Shown here piece after piece: positions 48,999 through 60,590 of a stretch of 64,000 bases of DNA. Each line of letters starts with the position of its first letter. Position 1 is the stretch's first letter. A program made the position numbers and the translations under genes. Source of the stretch: an uncultured Lachnospiraceae bacterium (GTDB taxonomy: Bacteria > Bacillota > Clostridia > Lachnospirales > Lachnospiraceae); the NCBI GenBank assembly GCA_910586275.1, contig CAJUIM010000002.1, positions 3,832 to 67,831 on the forward strand. The letters run 5' to 3'. A model generated the notes under the pieces. It saw only the letters and a list, made by a program, of their open reading frames with translations. It had not been told where the DNA came from and did not search any database.

Positions 48999-51900
48999 TT
49001 AGATTTCAAACAAAATTGTCTTTATTTCATACGGGTGCAGTTCCATTGTCACGGGTCCGCCGGCAAAACCGGACACCGGCCGTTCCATCAGGTCGCTCTC
49101 CGCCCACGCCTTATATGCAAAGGAGGGCTTCAATTCCACCCTTTGCCTTGCTCCTGCAAAATCATGGAAACGGATGACCAGATATCTGCCGTCCTCGGAT
49201 TTTTTCACGGCATCCACTTCTATCTGCCGGTTATCAATGGCAAAGAAGCTTCCGCTGTTTTCTCTCGGCATCCCCTCATATACATCCATAGGATTGTTCA
49301 GCGCATAGGCAGACTCTGCCACGCCTCCCTCCACAAAATCTCCTCTGTGGGGCAAAAGAGCATAAGTAAACGAATGCCTGCCCAAATCCTGCAGATGATC
49401 CGGCTGCCTTCCCGAACGCAGCAGGGAAATACGCATCACGTTATCCTTAATGTCATAACCGTATTTGCAATCATTCATAAGCGCTACGCCATAATTTCTT
49501 TCCGACAGATCCGCAAACCTATGTCCCACGGATTCAAATCTGGCCTGATCCCAACTGGTATTCCAATGATTCGGTCGGCGCACATTTCCATACTGAATAT
49601 CGTATGTGGCAAAAGTGCTTCTCACATCCACGGTAAAAGCGGCCTTCAGAAGCTGCTGGCGTTCCTGGAAATCCACATCCGTTTTGAAGTCAATCCGTCT
49701 GTCCTGACTATAGAGTGTCATATCCTGTGAAACCGTTGTGTTCATATATTTCCATTCCATATGGATGGTCAGGCACAGCGCACCGCACTGCGTCACCTCA
49801 AAAGCTGTCAGATCTGTAATTTCCCTCATTTTCTGCTGATAGAAAATGTCGATATCCCATGCGTCATTATCCAACGGCTTATCTTCAAATACCTGCAGCA
49901 CATTCCCCCGCTCGCCATAAGCCAGTACTTCCCTTGCTTCCTGCTTATCGTACAATCTGGATATCTGCCCGTAATCATTCAGGCAGACAGAATAGAAGGG
50001 AGTTTCAATATTCTTTCCGTTCACGGTGAAGACACTGTTTTCCGATGGTTCTTTCCCTTTTTCAAACAATATCACCTTATGCCCCATGGGAGGCACGTCT
50101 TTCACCTGCACATAATGCATGCCGTCCGCCTGTTGGGAAAGAAGCACATTTCCCTCCTCATCCGTATAATAGCCTGCTCCGTTCCCACGGATAGCCGCCA
50201 TCGTATCCATGTTCCACCCGGAAGCATTATATACGGCATAGCAGCCTTCCCGTCCTGCCAGTGCCTTTTCCCTATAGTCCGCCACCACTTCTTCCCCGAT
50301 CCGGCGGATTACCTCGTAGTCCCGACGGGAATCCTCATACACTTCATGAATGGAAGAGCCGGGAATAATATCATGGAACTGGTTTGTCAGAATCTTTTTC
50401 CATCCCTTGGTCAGTTTCTCCTGCTGTGCCTCTTCCAACCGGCCTGCCGTTACAGCTCCCATCGCCGTCAGCCATTCCGCTTTCCGGTAAAGCAGTTCCA
50501 TCTTGCGGTTCATCCGCTTATTGTAGCTTTGGCTAGTATAGGTTCCCCTGTGATATTCCAGATACAATTCCCCGTCCCATGTATGTACATACTGTTCCGT
50601 ATCCTTTACCGTTTTTTTCAGTTTCCGGAAATACTCTCCTGCCGTAGCGGTCTTTACATGAGGCAACCCCGGGATTTTATCCAGCCTTCGCCTTGCTTCC
50701 AGCAAATCCCTGTTGACACCGCCGCCCCCGTCCCCGTACCCAAAGGAAACCAGCATGTCTTTATTCACTTCTTTTTCACTGTATGACTCCCATACCCCTT
50801 TTACTGTCTTTGCGGTCAGCAAGCCATTGTATGTATAAAACCAGGAATCCGGCCCGTTCCACGGCTCCGGCGTAGTGATGAAATGGGTCAATACCTGCGT
50901 CCCGTCCATCCCTTTCCAATAAAAAGTGTCATGAGGCATCCGGTTATACTGGTTCCAACTTATTTTGGTAGTCATGAACATATCGATCCCGGACTTCTTC
51001 AATATCTGAGGCAATGCCCAGGAATATCCGAACACATCCGGAAGCCAAAGGTATTCTGCCTCTTTCCCAAACTCCTCTTTCATGAACCGGCTTCCAAGTA
51101 AGATCTGACGGGTCAGAGATTCCCCGCTGGTCAGATTGCAGTCCGCCTCCACCCACATGCCGCCGTCCGTCTCCCAACGGCCCTCCGCAACACGCTTTTT
51201 TATTTCCTCATAAATCTCCGGAAAATCTTCTTTTATATACTCATAAATCTGCGGCTGTGTCTGGAGGAAAATATATTCGGGGAACATTTCCATCATGCGC
51301 AGAACCGTAGAGAAGGAACGCGATGCTTTCTCATGGGTATGTTTCAGCCGCCAGAGCCAAGCCATGTCGATATGCGTATGCCCTACACAGTGCACATTTA
51401 CCAAAGACTGCTTTTCCATGCTGTCTATTCTTTCGTTTAAGACATCATCCGCCTGATGCACAGTCTCATAGAAAGTTCCGCTTCCCGGATAGGACCAGTC
51501 AATGCAATGGCATGCCCTGTCCAACGCAATCCGCAGGTCAGATTTTACCGGATCCCCGTCCGCAAGCTGATTCACCGTATCCAGGACAAGAGAGCCTGTA
51601 TAATATAAATCATCGGTTTTTTCATCCAGCCATGCCAAATCCGCCCTTTTTATCCTATGTTCCTGTTCTTTCGGCACGCCGCCTCCCTCCAGCCCGGACC
51701 AAAGGCGGAACGTAAGCCTCAATACAGAGCCGTACAGTTCCTCCGGGAAAAAAACCTCCATATGGTTTATATCCACTCCCTGATAAGGTTTTTCGTTAAT
51801 ATAGCACATGGCCTCAAACCCGGAGTTATTGCCGGCTCCGGTCTTGCCGAAGTCAAAAATGCCTACGGCACGGCGTCCTTTCCATTCCTCAGGGATCAAT

Positions 51901-52115
51901 ATTTCCTTATACATCCAGAGGTAACGGTCGCGGCCTGACCAGAAATCTCCTACTTTTATGGAATCCCAATTTTCATGGCTCACCGGGACTTCCGGATTTA
52001 CCACCCCCTGCTCGTCTTCACATACCGCAAACTCCTTCATAGGAATCACGTCCCGGTATCTGTAATCTTTCACTTCATTTATCCTTCTGTCCAATTTCCT
52101 GTCTGTATGGAACAT
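48999..52115 (-). CDS. GH38 alpha-mannosidase
   Basis: GHTHIDMAWLW, WLPDVFGY, GDGGGG, ELYLEYHRGTYTS, QFHDIIPGS. Confidence 0.95.
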   Translation of the reverse strand: MFHTDRKLDRRINEVKDYRYRDVIPMKEFAVCEDEQGVVNPEVPVSHENWDSIKVGDFWSGRDRYLWMYKEILIPEEWKGRRAVGIFDFGKTGAGNNSGFEAMCYINEKPYQGVDINHMEVFFPEELYGSVLRLTFRLWSGLEGGGVPKEQEHRIKRADLAWLDEKTDDLYYTGSLVLDTVNQLADGDPVKSDLRIALDRACHCIDWSYPGSGTFYETVHQADDVLNERIDSMEKQSLVNVHCVGHTHIDMAWLWRLKHTHEKASRSFSTVLRMMEMFPEYIFLQTQPQIYEYIKEDFPEIYEEIKKRVAEGRWETDGGMWVEADCNLTSGESLTRQILLGSRFMKEEFGKEAEYLWLPDVFGYSWALPQILKKSGIDMFMTTKISWNQYNRMPHDTFYWKGMDGTQVLTHFITTPEPWNGPDSWFYTYNGLLTAKTVKGVWESYSEKEVNKDMLVSFGYGDGGGGVNRDLLEARRRLDKIPGLPHVKTATAGEYFRKLKKTVKDTEQYVHTWDGELYLEYHRGTYTSQSYNKRMNRKMELLYRKAEWLTAMGAVTAGRLEEAQQEKLTKGWKKILTNQFHDIIPGSSIHEVYEDSRRDYEVIRRIGEEVVADYREKALAGREGCYAVYNASGWNMDTMAAIRGNGAGYYTDEEGNVLLSQQADGMHYVQVKDVPPMGHKVILFEKGKEPSENSVFTVNGKNIETPFYSVCLNDYGQISRLYDKQEAREVLAYGERGNVLQVFEDKPLDNDAWDIDIFYQQKMREITDLTAFEVTQCGALCLTIHMEWKYMNTTVSQDMTLYSQDRRIDFKTDVDFQERQQLLKAAFTVDVRSTFATYDIQYGNVRRPNHWNTSWDQARFESVGHRFADLSERNYGVALMNDCKYGYDIKDNVMRISLLRSGRQPDHLQDLGRHSFTYALLPHRGDFVEGGVAESAYALNNPMDVYEGMPRENSGSFFAIDNRQIEVDAVKKSEDGRYLVIRFHDFAGARQRVELKPSFAYKAWAESDLMERPVSGFAGGPVTMELHPYEIKTILFEI

Positions 52116-52292
52116 ATGCCATCATCCTCCTGCTTTTCCGATTTATGCTGTCCGGCATCCCCGCTTCTGCCGCCGTCACTAAACCATTGTTCATAATGTC
52201 ATTCTACCGCATATTATTTTACATAACAATTTACGTTTTTCTATGTTTAGTGTACAAATTCTATTCCGGCTGCCATCCGTCGGCAGATTCCC

Positions 52293-53612
52293 TTAACATC
52301 CTTTCCTTCCTGCAGGCAATTCCTCTGACAGCTGCAGTCTGTATCCCATATAATCCAAAAACAATTCCATATACATGGCATTTGCCCAGGAAAACCATTC
52401 CCGCGTATATCTGGCATCATCCTCACAGTGAAATCCCTCATGCATCGCGCCCTTTCCCCCGGTAGTGGCCGCCATGCTCCGAAGGATTTCCAGTTTTTCT
52501 TCCCTGTTTTTGCTCGTCAGTCCCTGCATGGCCATGGCAATATGCCAGATATAGCCTGACGGTGTATGGGAACTTCCTATTCCCGATGCTTTTGCGCCTT
52601 TATAATAATACGGGTTTCCTTCGCTCAATATATATCTTCTTGTATTCTCCGCCGTCTGCCTGTCTGCCGAATACCCTAAGTAATCCATGGCAAGAAGGCT
52701 GGGAACATTTGCGTCGTCCATCAGGTTGTACATGCCATATCCGTCCACTTCGTAAGCATATACCGTGCCGAATTCCTCCGTATAAGTTTTCCCCTCTTTC
52801 TCGATGGCCTGCCGTATCTGCTCACGCAGCAGCCATGCGTCTTTTTCCATCCTTTTATCAAAAAAAAGTTCCCGCGCCATCTCCTCCAAATACCCTAAAA
52901 TAACCACGGCAAACATATTGGACGGAATCAGATAGCCGTAAGTGCAGGCATCGTCGCTAGGCCGGAATCCTGACCAAATCAGGCCTGTCCCCGGCTTCAC
53001 CAAAGCCCCCTTCCCCTCTCTGGAAAGCGTATCCCGGAATAAAATGCTATTTCTCCGAAACCTATACGCAGACTTCTCCTCATGGAACTGCTCCGTCCCG
53101 AATACACGGAATATTTTTTCTATTCCTGCAGAAAAATTGCCGTCAAACTGGGAAACACATCCCGTATTCTTCCAGAGAAGATAGGCAAGCTGTACCGGAT
53201 AGCATAAAGAGTCTATTTCAAACTTCCGTTCCCACACCCAAGGGCTCTGTTCCCCATCGTCTATCTCCCAACATGCGCCATTGGGAAACTCATTGAATGC
53301 ATTTGCATACTCGTCTATGCAGATATACATAAACTGCCTTCTGACGACCCCTGCAATGACCTCCCTCATTTCAGCATTTTCTTTCGCCTCAAATAGATAG
53401 GGGCGCAGCTGTGCTGCCGAGTCCCGCAGCCACATGGCAGGAATATCCCCTGTTATCACATGGGCCGTGCCGTCATCCATTGGCTTTACGGCTAAGTTCC
53501 ATGTGTCTGCATAGCAGTCTGCAAATATTTTCATTAACTCCGGGCAGCTTTCCGCCTGTCTCTGAATCCGCCTTAAAAAATGATCCATACCTATTTCCCT
53601 TTTCCCTGTCAT
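52293..53612 (-). CDS. GH125 exo-alpha-1,6-mannosidase
   Basis: TGDIPAMWLRDS, ERKFEIDSL, FRPSDDA, MDDANVPSLL, WFSWAN. Confidence 0.93.
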   Translation of the reverse strand: MTGKREIGMDHFLRRIQRQAESCPELMKIFADCYADTWNLAVKPMDDGTAHVITGDIPAMWLRDSAAQLRPYLFEAKENAEMREVIAGVVRRQFMYICIDEYANAFNEFPNGACWEIDDGEQSPWVWERKFEIDSLCYPVQLAYLLWKNTGCVSQFDGNFSAGIEKIFRVFGTEQFHEEKSAYRFRRNSILFRDTLSREGKGALVKPGTGLIWSGFRPSDDACTYGYLIPSNMFAVVILGYLEEMARELFFDKRMEKDAWLLREQIRQAIEKEGKTYTEEFGTVYAYEVDGYGMYNLMDDANVPSLLAMDYLGYSADRQTAENTRRYILSEGNPYYYKGAKASGIGSSHTPSGYIWHIAMAMQGLTSKNREEKLEILRSMAATTGGKGAMHEGFHCEDDARYTREWFSWANAMYMELFLDYMGYRLQLSEELPAGRKGC

Positions 53613-53790
53613 AATTTTCCCGCCGCCAGAAAGCACTGCGGCCAGGCCATTACAAATTCTAACAAGCGTTATGGAAAGAGACTAGTGTAATAACTATAGA
53701 TTCTTTATCCTTTTTAAATATTTCTCAGAAGTTTTATATTTCAGGCTTTTCCTGAGACGGAACATTGCAAGATCCTGCTTTCCCCATATA

Positions 53791-55653
53791 TTACCCATGA
53801 AAAAATTCATAGATTCCCTTCGCAATATGCGCCGGGATTTCCGGAACTTCCGCCAGCTGTTCCACCTCCGCCTGCTTAATTTCGTCTATGGACTTAAAAC
53901 ACCTCATCAGTGCTTTCCTTCTGGACGGCCCGACCCCCGGGATGTCATCCAGAACAGACTTTACCTGCGTCTTGCTGCGCAGGGAACGATGATATTCAAT
54001 GGCAAAGCGATGAGCCTCATCCTGTACCCGCGTCACCAGCTTAAAACCTTCCGAATGACGGTCTATGGGTATTTCCTCATTGTTGTAATACAGCCCTCTC
54101 GTCCTATGATTGTCGTCCTTCACCATCCCGCATACCGGAATCTCAATATGTAATTCCCGCAAAACTTCCAACGCAATATTGACCTGCCCTTTGCCCCCGT
54201 CCATGAGAATTAAATCCGGAAATTTCGTAAAACTCCCGAATTCTTTTTCCATTTCCTTCATATCCAGTTCCTTCTGCTCCTCCATGCCATGCACAAACCG
54301 CCGAGTCAGCACCTCTTTCATGCAGGCATAATCATCCGGCCCGGAAACGGTTTTTATCTTAAACTTCCGGTAATCACTGCGCTTGGGCTTGCCCTTTTCG
54401 AACACCACCATAGAACCTACATTGGCAAAACCGCTGATATTGGAAATATCGTAAGCTTCCATACGGCTGATGCCCTCCACGCCGATCAGGCCGGCTATTT
54501 CCTTCACGGCACCGATTGTACGTCCTTCCTCCCGCTTTATTTTCTCTTTGTCCTGACTTAAGACAAGCGCCGCATTTTTAGCCGCCAGTTCTACCAGCTT
54601 TTCCTTGGTTCCTTTCTTCGGGACGCGTATATATACCCGGTTCCCTTTTCTTGCAGACAGCCAGCGTTCCAACACGTCAACTTCCTCTATTTCCTCCTGC
54701 AGCATCAGTTCTTTCGGAATGAAGGGCGTCCCCGCATAAAATTGCTTGACAAAATCCAGCAATATCTGCGCCCTGCCGCTTCCCGACACATGTGTCATAT
54801 AGAAATGTTCCCTGCCGATTAATTTACCGTCGCGTATAAAAAAGACCTGCACCACCGCATCGTTTTCATCCGCCGCCAATGCTATGATATCCTTATCCTC
54901 GCCGCCGCTGTCCGTAATCTTCTGTTTCTGTGCCACCTGTCTGACACTGTTATACAGATCCCTATATTTTATGGCATCCTCAAAGTCCATATTCTCGGAT
55001 GCCTCCTGCATCTTACCCTCCAGTTCCTTCAAGATCGGCTGATAATTGCCGTTCAGGAAGTCCAATGCCTTATCCACCTGTTCCCGGTACTGCTCCTGGG
55101 AAACATACCCCTGGCAGGGAGCCATGCACTGCTTGATATGATGATTCAGGCAGGGTCTGTCTTTCCCCTCTTCTTTCGGCAAGTTCCGGTTACAAGTCCG
55201 CAGCATATACAGCTTGTTCATCAGTTCAATGGTATCCTTCACCGCCGCCGCGCTTGTATAAGGGCCAAAGTAGCGTGATTTGTCCTTTTTCATCTCTCTG
55301 GAGAAAAGCACCCTGGGAAAAGGTTCCCCCATGGTCACTTTAATATAAGGGTAAGTCTTATCATCCTTCAGCAGCGTATTATAACGCGGACTGTATTCTT
55401 TTATAAGATTGTTCTCCAATACCAACGCTTCCAGTTCCGAGTCCGTTATAATATACTCAAACCGGGCGATCTGCGTCACCATCTTATCAATCTGGGGCCC
55501 GCGCCCGATATTTTTACGGAAATAAGAACGTACACGGTTATGAAGATTGATTGCTTTCCCAACATAGATGATCGTGTCGTTCCCGTCATGCATAATATAT
55601 ACCCCCGGTTTCGCCGGCAGCTTCTTTAATTCCTCGTCCACATCAAACAACAT
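53791..55653 (-). CDS. uvrC: Excinuclease ABC subunit C
   Basis: PGVY...[30 protein letters not shown], HhH motifs. Confidence 0.97.
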   Translation of the reverse strand: MLFDVDEELKKLPAKPGVYIMHDGNDTIIYVGKAINLHNRVRSYFRKNIGRGPQIDKMVTQIARFEYIITDSELEALVLENNLIKEYSPRYNTLLKDDKTYPYIKVTMGEPFPRVLFSREMKKDKSRYFGPYTSAAAVKDTIELMNKLYMLRTCNRNLPKEEGKDRPCLNHHIKQCMAPCQGYVSQEQYREQVDKALDFLNGNYQPILKELEGKMQEASENMDFEDAIKYRDLYNSVRQVAQKQKITDSGGEDKDIIALAADENDAVVQVFFIRDGKLIGREHFYMTHVSGSGRAQILLDFVKQFYAGTPFIPKELMLQEEIEEVDVLERWLSARKGNRVYIRVPKKGTKEKLVELAAKNAALVLSQDKEKIKREEGRTIGAVKEIAGLIGVEGISRMEAYDISNISGFANVGSMVVFEKGKPKRSDYRKFKIKTVSGPDDYACMKEVLTRRFVHGMEEQKELDMKEMEKEFGSFTKFPDLILMDGGKGQVNIALEVLRELHIEIPVCGMVKDDNHRTRGLYYNNEEIPIDRHSEGFKLVTRVQDEAHRFAIEYHRSLRSKTQVKSVLDDIPGVGPSRRKALMRCFKSIDEIKQAEVEQLAEVPEIPAHIAKGIYEFFHG

Positions 55654-55697
55654 TCCTCACCTGCCCTTTCCCTGTTTCCTGCCATACCGTTTCGTAC

Positions 55698-55731
55698 TAG
55701 AGCGTGTCTGAAAATTCATTCCTGGCATTTG
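55698..55731 (-). repeat. MITE terminal fragment
   Basis: TAGAGCGTGTCTGAAAATTCATTCC. Confidence 0.7.
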
Positions 55732-55778
55732 ATGCCACAAAGGAGGTTCTCATAAACTCAATAAGAACCTCCTTGCTT

Positions 55779-58088
55779 CTATTTCTGTTCATCCATTTTT
55801 TTCTGTAAAGTATCCTCAAAATTTCCCGAAGTATTGGAAAACCGCCCGACCGGCCTCTGCTCCGAACCGTCTCCTGCCAAACTGCTTTCCCGGCTCCCGC
55901 CGCCTGCGGAGACTCCGGCATCCCTTGGATTCTCACCGTCCCGGAAAAAGTTCTCCTCCGATTTCCCGGCTTCTGTTTCCGGTTCACAGTCCGCACAGGC
56001 TGCTTCGTCTCCGGCGGCATCGGCTCCGCTTTCCGCAGGCACTTTCTCCTGTGCCGGCTTTTCCCTGCCGCCGATTGCCCCGCTTATTCCGCCCGCTGCC
56101 TCTGTGCTGCTTTCCGCCTTGTTGCTTTCCTCTTCCTCCGGTTCCGGAAGCCCTTTTTCTTTTCGGTAGATTGCCATAAACTCCTTACCGGTTATAGTTT
56201 CCTTCTCTATCAGATGAGCCGCCAGCTTATCCATCAATTCCCTGTTTTCGGCCAGCATGCTCTTGGCTTCCTCGTAACATCCTTTCAGAATATTCATAAC
56301 TTCGGTATCCACATCCGCCTCGGTTACGTCGCTGCAGTTCATGGTGGAACCGCCTCCCAGATATTCGTTCTCCACCGTGGCCAGCCCCATCAGGCCGAAC
56401 CTTTCGCTCATGCCGAATCTGGTCACCATATTCTTAGCAATATTGGTGGCTTTCTCAATATCGTTGGCAGCACCGGTAGTCACAGTGTCAAACACAATCT
56501 CTTCCGCCGCACGTCCGCCCAGATATCCCACCAGCATATCGTGCAGTTCCGCTTTTGTATTCAGGAATTTCTCTTCCTCCGGCACCTGCATCACATAGCC
56601 CAGCGCACCCATGGTCCTTGGCACTATAGTAATCTTCTGTACCGGTTCCGCATTTTTCTGCAGCGCACTCAGCAGCGCATGCCCCACCTCATGATAGGAC
56701 ACGATTTTACGTTCTTCCTTGCTCATAATGCGGTCTTTCTTCTCTTTCCCCACAAGCACCTGTTCCACTGCTTCAAACAAGTCCTGCTGGCAGACATATT
56801 CCCTGCCTTTCTGCACCGCATTGATGGCCGCCTCGTTAATCATATTGGCCAAGTCCGCACCCACTGCGCCGCTGGTAGCCAATGCAATGGCATCCAAATC
56901 TACGCTGTCATCCATCAGCACATCTTTTGCATGCACTTTTAGGATCTCCACCCGGCCTTTCAGATCCGGCTTGTCGACAATAATCCTGCGGTCAAACCTT
57001 CCCGGCCGGAGCAATGCCTTGTCCAATATTTCCGGACGGTTAGTGGCTCCTAAGATAAGAATGCCTTTGGAAGTATCGAAACCATCCATTTCGGACAGAA
57101 GCTGATTCAGTGTCTGCTCGCGCTCTTCATTCCCTCCGCCGTACTTGGAATCCCTGCTGCGGCCAATCGCATCTATTTCATCAATAAACACAATACAAGG
57201 CGCATTTTTCGTAGCCTCTTTGAACAAATCCCTGACGCGGGAAGCGCCTACGCCCACATACAGTTCAATAAAATCCGACCCGGCCAGCGAAAAGAACGGT
57301 ACATGCGCCTCGCCCGCCACCGCTTTTGCCAAAAGCGTCTTGCCGGTTCCGGGAGGTCCTACCAACAGTGCGCCCTTCGGCAGTTTCGCTCCGATCTTTG
57401 CATATTTCCCCGGATTATGAAGAAAATCCACCACTTCCTGCAGAGACTCTTTCGCCTCGTCTTCCCCTGCCACATCCTTAAATGTCACGCCAGTCTCTTT
57501 CTCGACATAAACTTTAGCGTTGCTCTTGCCCACGCCCATCATTCCGCCGCCGCTCTTGGACATCCGGCGAAAGAGAAAACTGAGCAGCACCCACATCAGT
57601 AAAATAGGCAGGATATAGGTGAGAATAATGGAAAGCAGCATCCCCGAACCATCGGGAACCACACCGTTTACATCCACTTCGTGTTCCAGCAGGAACTGAG
57701 TCAGCCCGTCGTCCGCAATACGCCCGGTGTAATAAGTCACCGCTGCCATGGCATAAGGATTATCCCCCCCGCCCTGCCGCTCAGGCACAATGTTGATCCG
57801 GTCCGTGTCAATTTCCACGCTCTTCACTTCACCGTTTTCCACCATCGTGATAAATTCGTTATAAGTAATCTCCCGTTCCGTGCCCCCGGTCATAATCTTC
57901 ATGAAATAACTCATGCACAGAAGAGTAATCAGCGCGGCCACTAAAAGCAGCACGATACTCTGCCGCTTCGGATCCTCACCGTTCCCCCCTGAACCGGAAC
58001 CATTGTTATTTCCGTTATTATTATTCTGGCCGCCGCGGTTGCCGTTATAACCGCCGCCGTCATATTGGTTTAAATTATTGTTATCCAT
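55779..58088 (-). CDS. ftsH: ATP-dependent zinc metalloprotease FtsH
   Basis: GPPGTGKT, IDEID, RPGRFDR, HEVGH. Confidence 0.97.
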   Translation of the reverse strand: MDNNNLNQYDGGGYNGNRGGQNNNNGNNNGSGSGGNGEDPKRQSIVLLLVAALITLLCMSYFMKIMTGGTEREITYNEFITMVENGEVKSVEIDTDRINIVPERQGGGDNPYAMAAVTYYTGRIADDGLTQFLLEHEVDVNGVVPDGSGMLLSIILTYILPILLMWVLLSFLFRRMSKSGGGMMGVGKSNAKVYVEKETGVTFKDVAGEDEAKESLQEVVDFLHNPGKYAKIGAKLPKGALLVGPPGTGKTLLAKAVAGEAHVPFFSLAGSDFIELYVGVGASRVRDLFKEATKNAPCIVFIDEIDAIGRSRDSKYGGGNEEREQTLNQLLSEMDGFDTSKGILILGATNRPEILDKALLRPGRFDRRIIVDKPDLKGRVEILKVHAKDVLMDDSVDLDAIALATSGAVGADLANMINEAAINAVQKGREYVCQQDLFEAVEQVLVGKEKKDRIMSKEERKIVSYHEVGHALLSALQKNAEPVQKITIVPRTMGALGYVMQVPEEEKFLNTKAELHDMLVGYLGGRAAEEIVFDTVTTGAANDIEKATNIAKNMVTRFGMSERFGLMGLATVENEYLGGGSTMNCSDVTEADVDTEVMNILKGCYEEAKSMLAENRELMDKLAAHLIEKETITGKEFMAIYRKEKGLPEPEEEESNKAESSTEAAGGISGAIGGREKPAQEKVPAESGADAAGDEAACADCEPETEAGKSEENFFRDGENPRDAGVSAGGGSRESSLAGDGSEQRPVGRFSNTSGNFEDTLQKKMDEQK

Positions 58089-58160
58089 TCTACGCTCCTA
58101 TTCCTATCACTCTTGCCTTTTCTATTATAGAGACTGCTTTTCGATAAATCAATAATATAT

Positions 58161-58178
58161 TTGTGAAATATTTCGCAA
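58161..58178. promoter_or_regulatory. Rex-like (or Crp/Fnr-like) operator
   Basis: TTGTGAA-ATAT-TTCGCAA, one mismatch to TTGTGAA-N4-TTCACAA. Confidence 0.55.
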
Positions 58179-58480
58179 TCTATTAAAGATTTCTAAATTT
58201 TTTCCTGCAAACAGTAGATTTTTGGTGCTTGTTCATTGTATAATACATAGGTTATTTATTCTTTTGACAGCATTCCAAAATAAAATCCCGGCAACATTCA
58301 CCATGGCGCTTAGACAAACCCAAAATTGGTTTCAGGAATGGCACTTGGCCCAATGCCCGCCGGAACAATGGAACAGGAGGCACCCCAAACAGCCCCCTGA
58401 CCCGCTGCCTACAGGAATAAACAGCAAAAGTTACCGAAACAGACATTGAAAAAGCAGAGAGCAGAGATAGGAAGACTTGA

Positions 58481-59965
58481 ATGAAGATAGGATTTGACAA
58501 TAATAAATACTTAAAAATGCAGTCGGAGCATATTCGTGAAAGGATTGCCCAATTTGACAATAAATTATATTTGGAATTTGGCGGAAAACTGTTTGACGAC
58601 AATCATGCCTCCCGGGTTCTTCCCGGCTTTCAGCCTGACAGCAAGCTGAAAATGCTGCTTCAGTTAAAAGAACAGGCCGAAATCGTTATCGTCATAAGTG
58701 CCGATGCCATTGAAAAGAATAAAGTGCGCGGGGACTTAGGCATTACTTATGATTTGGATGTACTCCGGCTAATTGATGCTTTCCGTTCCATTGAACTGTA
58801 TGTGGGGAGCGTAGTCATTACCCGATATACCGGACAGCCTGCCGCAGATCACTTCCGCGAACGGCTTTCCCACTTAGGCATTAAATCTTATCTGCATTAT
58901 GTGATAGAAGGCTATCCGGGCAATATCAGCCACATTGTCAGCGAAGAAGGCTACGGAAAAAATGACTACATAGAGACTTCCAAGCCCTTGGTAGTCATTA
59001 CCGCCCCCGGTCCCGGCAGCGGGAAAATGGCCACTTGCCTTTCCCAGCTTTACCATGAACATAAACGCGGCATCAAAGCAGGATATGCTAAATTCGAGAC
59101 TTTTCCGGTTTGGAACCTGCCGCTCAGCCATCCGGTGAACGTAGCCTATGAAGCTGCTACCGCCGATTTAAACGATGTAAACATGATAGACCCTTTTCAT
59201 TTGGAAGCCTATGGAAAGACTACGATAAACTATAACCGGGATGTGGAAATCTTTCCTGTGCTGAATTCCATGTTTGAGCATATCCTTGGAGGAAGCCCCT
59301 ATAAATCACCTACGGATATGGGGGTCAACATGGCAGGAAACTGCATTATCGACGATGAAATATGCAGGGAAGCTTCCCAACAGGAAATTATACGCCGTTA
59401 CTGCCAAGCCCGCTACGAACAGAAAAAAGACCGCCTAGGCGCCAAAGAAACCGTGTATAAACTGGAACTCCTGATGAAACAGGCCGGCATCGCCACCGAA
59501 GACCGCAAAGTCATTCCCGTCGCCATGATGCGTCAGGAAAACACCGGCCATCCGGCTGCCGCCATCCAGCTGCCTGACGGGCAGATCATCACCGGAAAGA
59601 CCTCTGCTCTTTTAGGAGCTTCGGCGGCCGCACTGCTCAATGCCTTAAAAACTTTAGCCCATATCGACCACACCAGGCATTTGATATCGCCTGCCGCCAT
59701 TGAGCCGATACAGACGCTGAAAACCGACTATCTTGGCAGCCATAATCCCCGGCTGCATACGGATGAAATATTGATCGCGCTTTCCACCAGCGCAGCTGCG
59801 GACGAAACGGCACGGCTGGCCCTCTCCCAGCTGCCGAAACTGAAAGACTGCGAAGTACATTCTACGGTAATCCTATCAACCGTAGACGAAAATATATTCC
59901 GAAAACTGGGAATGCGGCTGACTTGCGAACCGGTCTATGAGACAAACCGCATATTCCATCCATAA
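58481..59965 (+). CDS. DUF1846/UPF0371 family protein
   Basis: [47 protein letters not shown]. Confidence 0.9.
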   Translation: MKIGFDNNKYLKMQSEHIRERIAQFDNKLYLEFGGKLFDDNHASRVLPGFQPDSKLKMLLQLKEQAEIVIVISADAIEKNKVRGDLGITYDLDVLRLIDAFRSIELYVGSVVITRYTGQPAADHFRERLSHLGIKSYLHYVIEGYPGNISHIVSEEGYGKNDYIETSKPLVVITAPGPGSGKMATCLSQLYHEHKRGIKAGYAKFETFPVWNLPLSHPVNVAYEAATADLNDVNMIDPFHLEAYGKTTINYNRDVEIFPVLNSMFEHILGGSPYKSPTDMGVNMAGNCIIDDEICREASQQEIIRRYCQARYEQKKDRLGAKETVYKLELLMKQAGIATEDRKVIPVAMMRQENTGHPAAAIQLPDGQIITGKTSALLGASAAALLNALKTLAHIDHTRHLISPAAIEPIQTLKTDYLGSHNPRLHTDEILIALSTSAAADETARLALSQLPKLKDCEVHSTVILSTVDENIFRKLGMRLTCEPVYETNRIFHP

Positions 59966-60000
59966 GCCTGCCGCAAAACATTCACGCAAACCAAGCCAAA

Positions 60001-60472
60001 CGGCACAGCACCAATGTCATAAACGGAAACCGCAGCCTGCCGGAAAAATGATGTTTTTTCGTAATCTCATGAACGGAAGCCGCAGCCCGCGTCAGGAATC
60101 CTGTTTTTTACTCGAACCTTCGAAAAACGCCGGCACTTAGGCACTGTATTTTAGAGTGTGCTTGAAAATTGCTTCCTAGCAGATGTGCGTCACAATTTGC
60201 GGGAGATTTGTGCCAAAGGAAGGGCGCATAGCGGGCTATGTAACCTGAATTTGGCGCAAATGTCACGCAAATTGGGGGCGTGCAGATGCTGGAAATGAAT
60301 TTTCAAACACGCTCTAGTGCCTTAGTACCGCTGCGTTTGCCGCAGAGCGAAAGCGTGTCCGAATAAAAACAGGATTCCTGACGCGGGCTACGGCTTCCAT
60401 TCATGAAATTGCGAAAAAACATCATTTCTCCGGCAGGCTGCGGTTTCCGTTTATGACATTGGTGCTGTGCCG
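60001..60472. repeat. ~110 bp inverted repeats flanking a MITE
   Basis: 60001-60109 is a near-identical reverse complement of 60364-60472. Confidence 0.9.
60152..60316 (+). mobile_element. Full-length 165 bp MITE-like element
   Basis: Terminal IRs TAGAGTGTGCTTGAAAATT and AATTTTCAAACACGCTCTA; six partial copies elsewhere in the window. Confidence 0.8.
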
Positions 60473-60590
60473 CTCCCGCATTGCAATATGCAGATGTATA
60501 TATTCGGCCCGATGGCACAAACTATGGGTGATGTGCCAATCCGTCCGAAACACGGCATCGGCACAAAACAAGAAAGGAGCATAAGCAAAA

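Noticed and set aside
49035..50786. Long plus-strand ORFs opposite GH38, and similar shadow ORFs throughout
   Set aside because: Antisense shadows of well-supported genes with no motifs
55779..56150. Extra domain at the FtsH C-terminus
   Set aside because: Low-complexity acidic, Gly/Ala-rich tail, most likely disordered
59937..60518. Pair of paralogous small proteins (59937-60140 plus, 60303-60518 minus)
   Set aside because: The shared peptide simply reflects the inverted repeat arms; no convincing RBS
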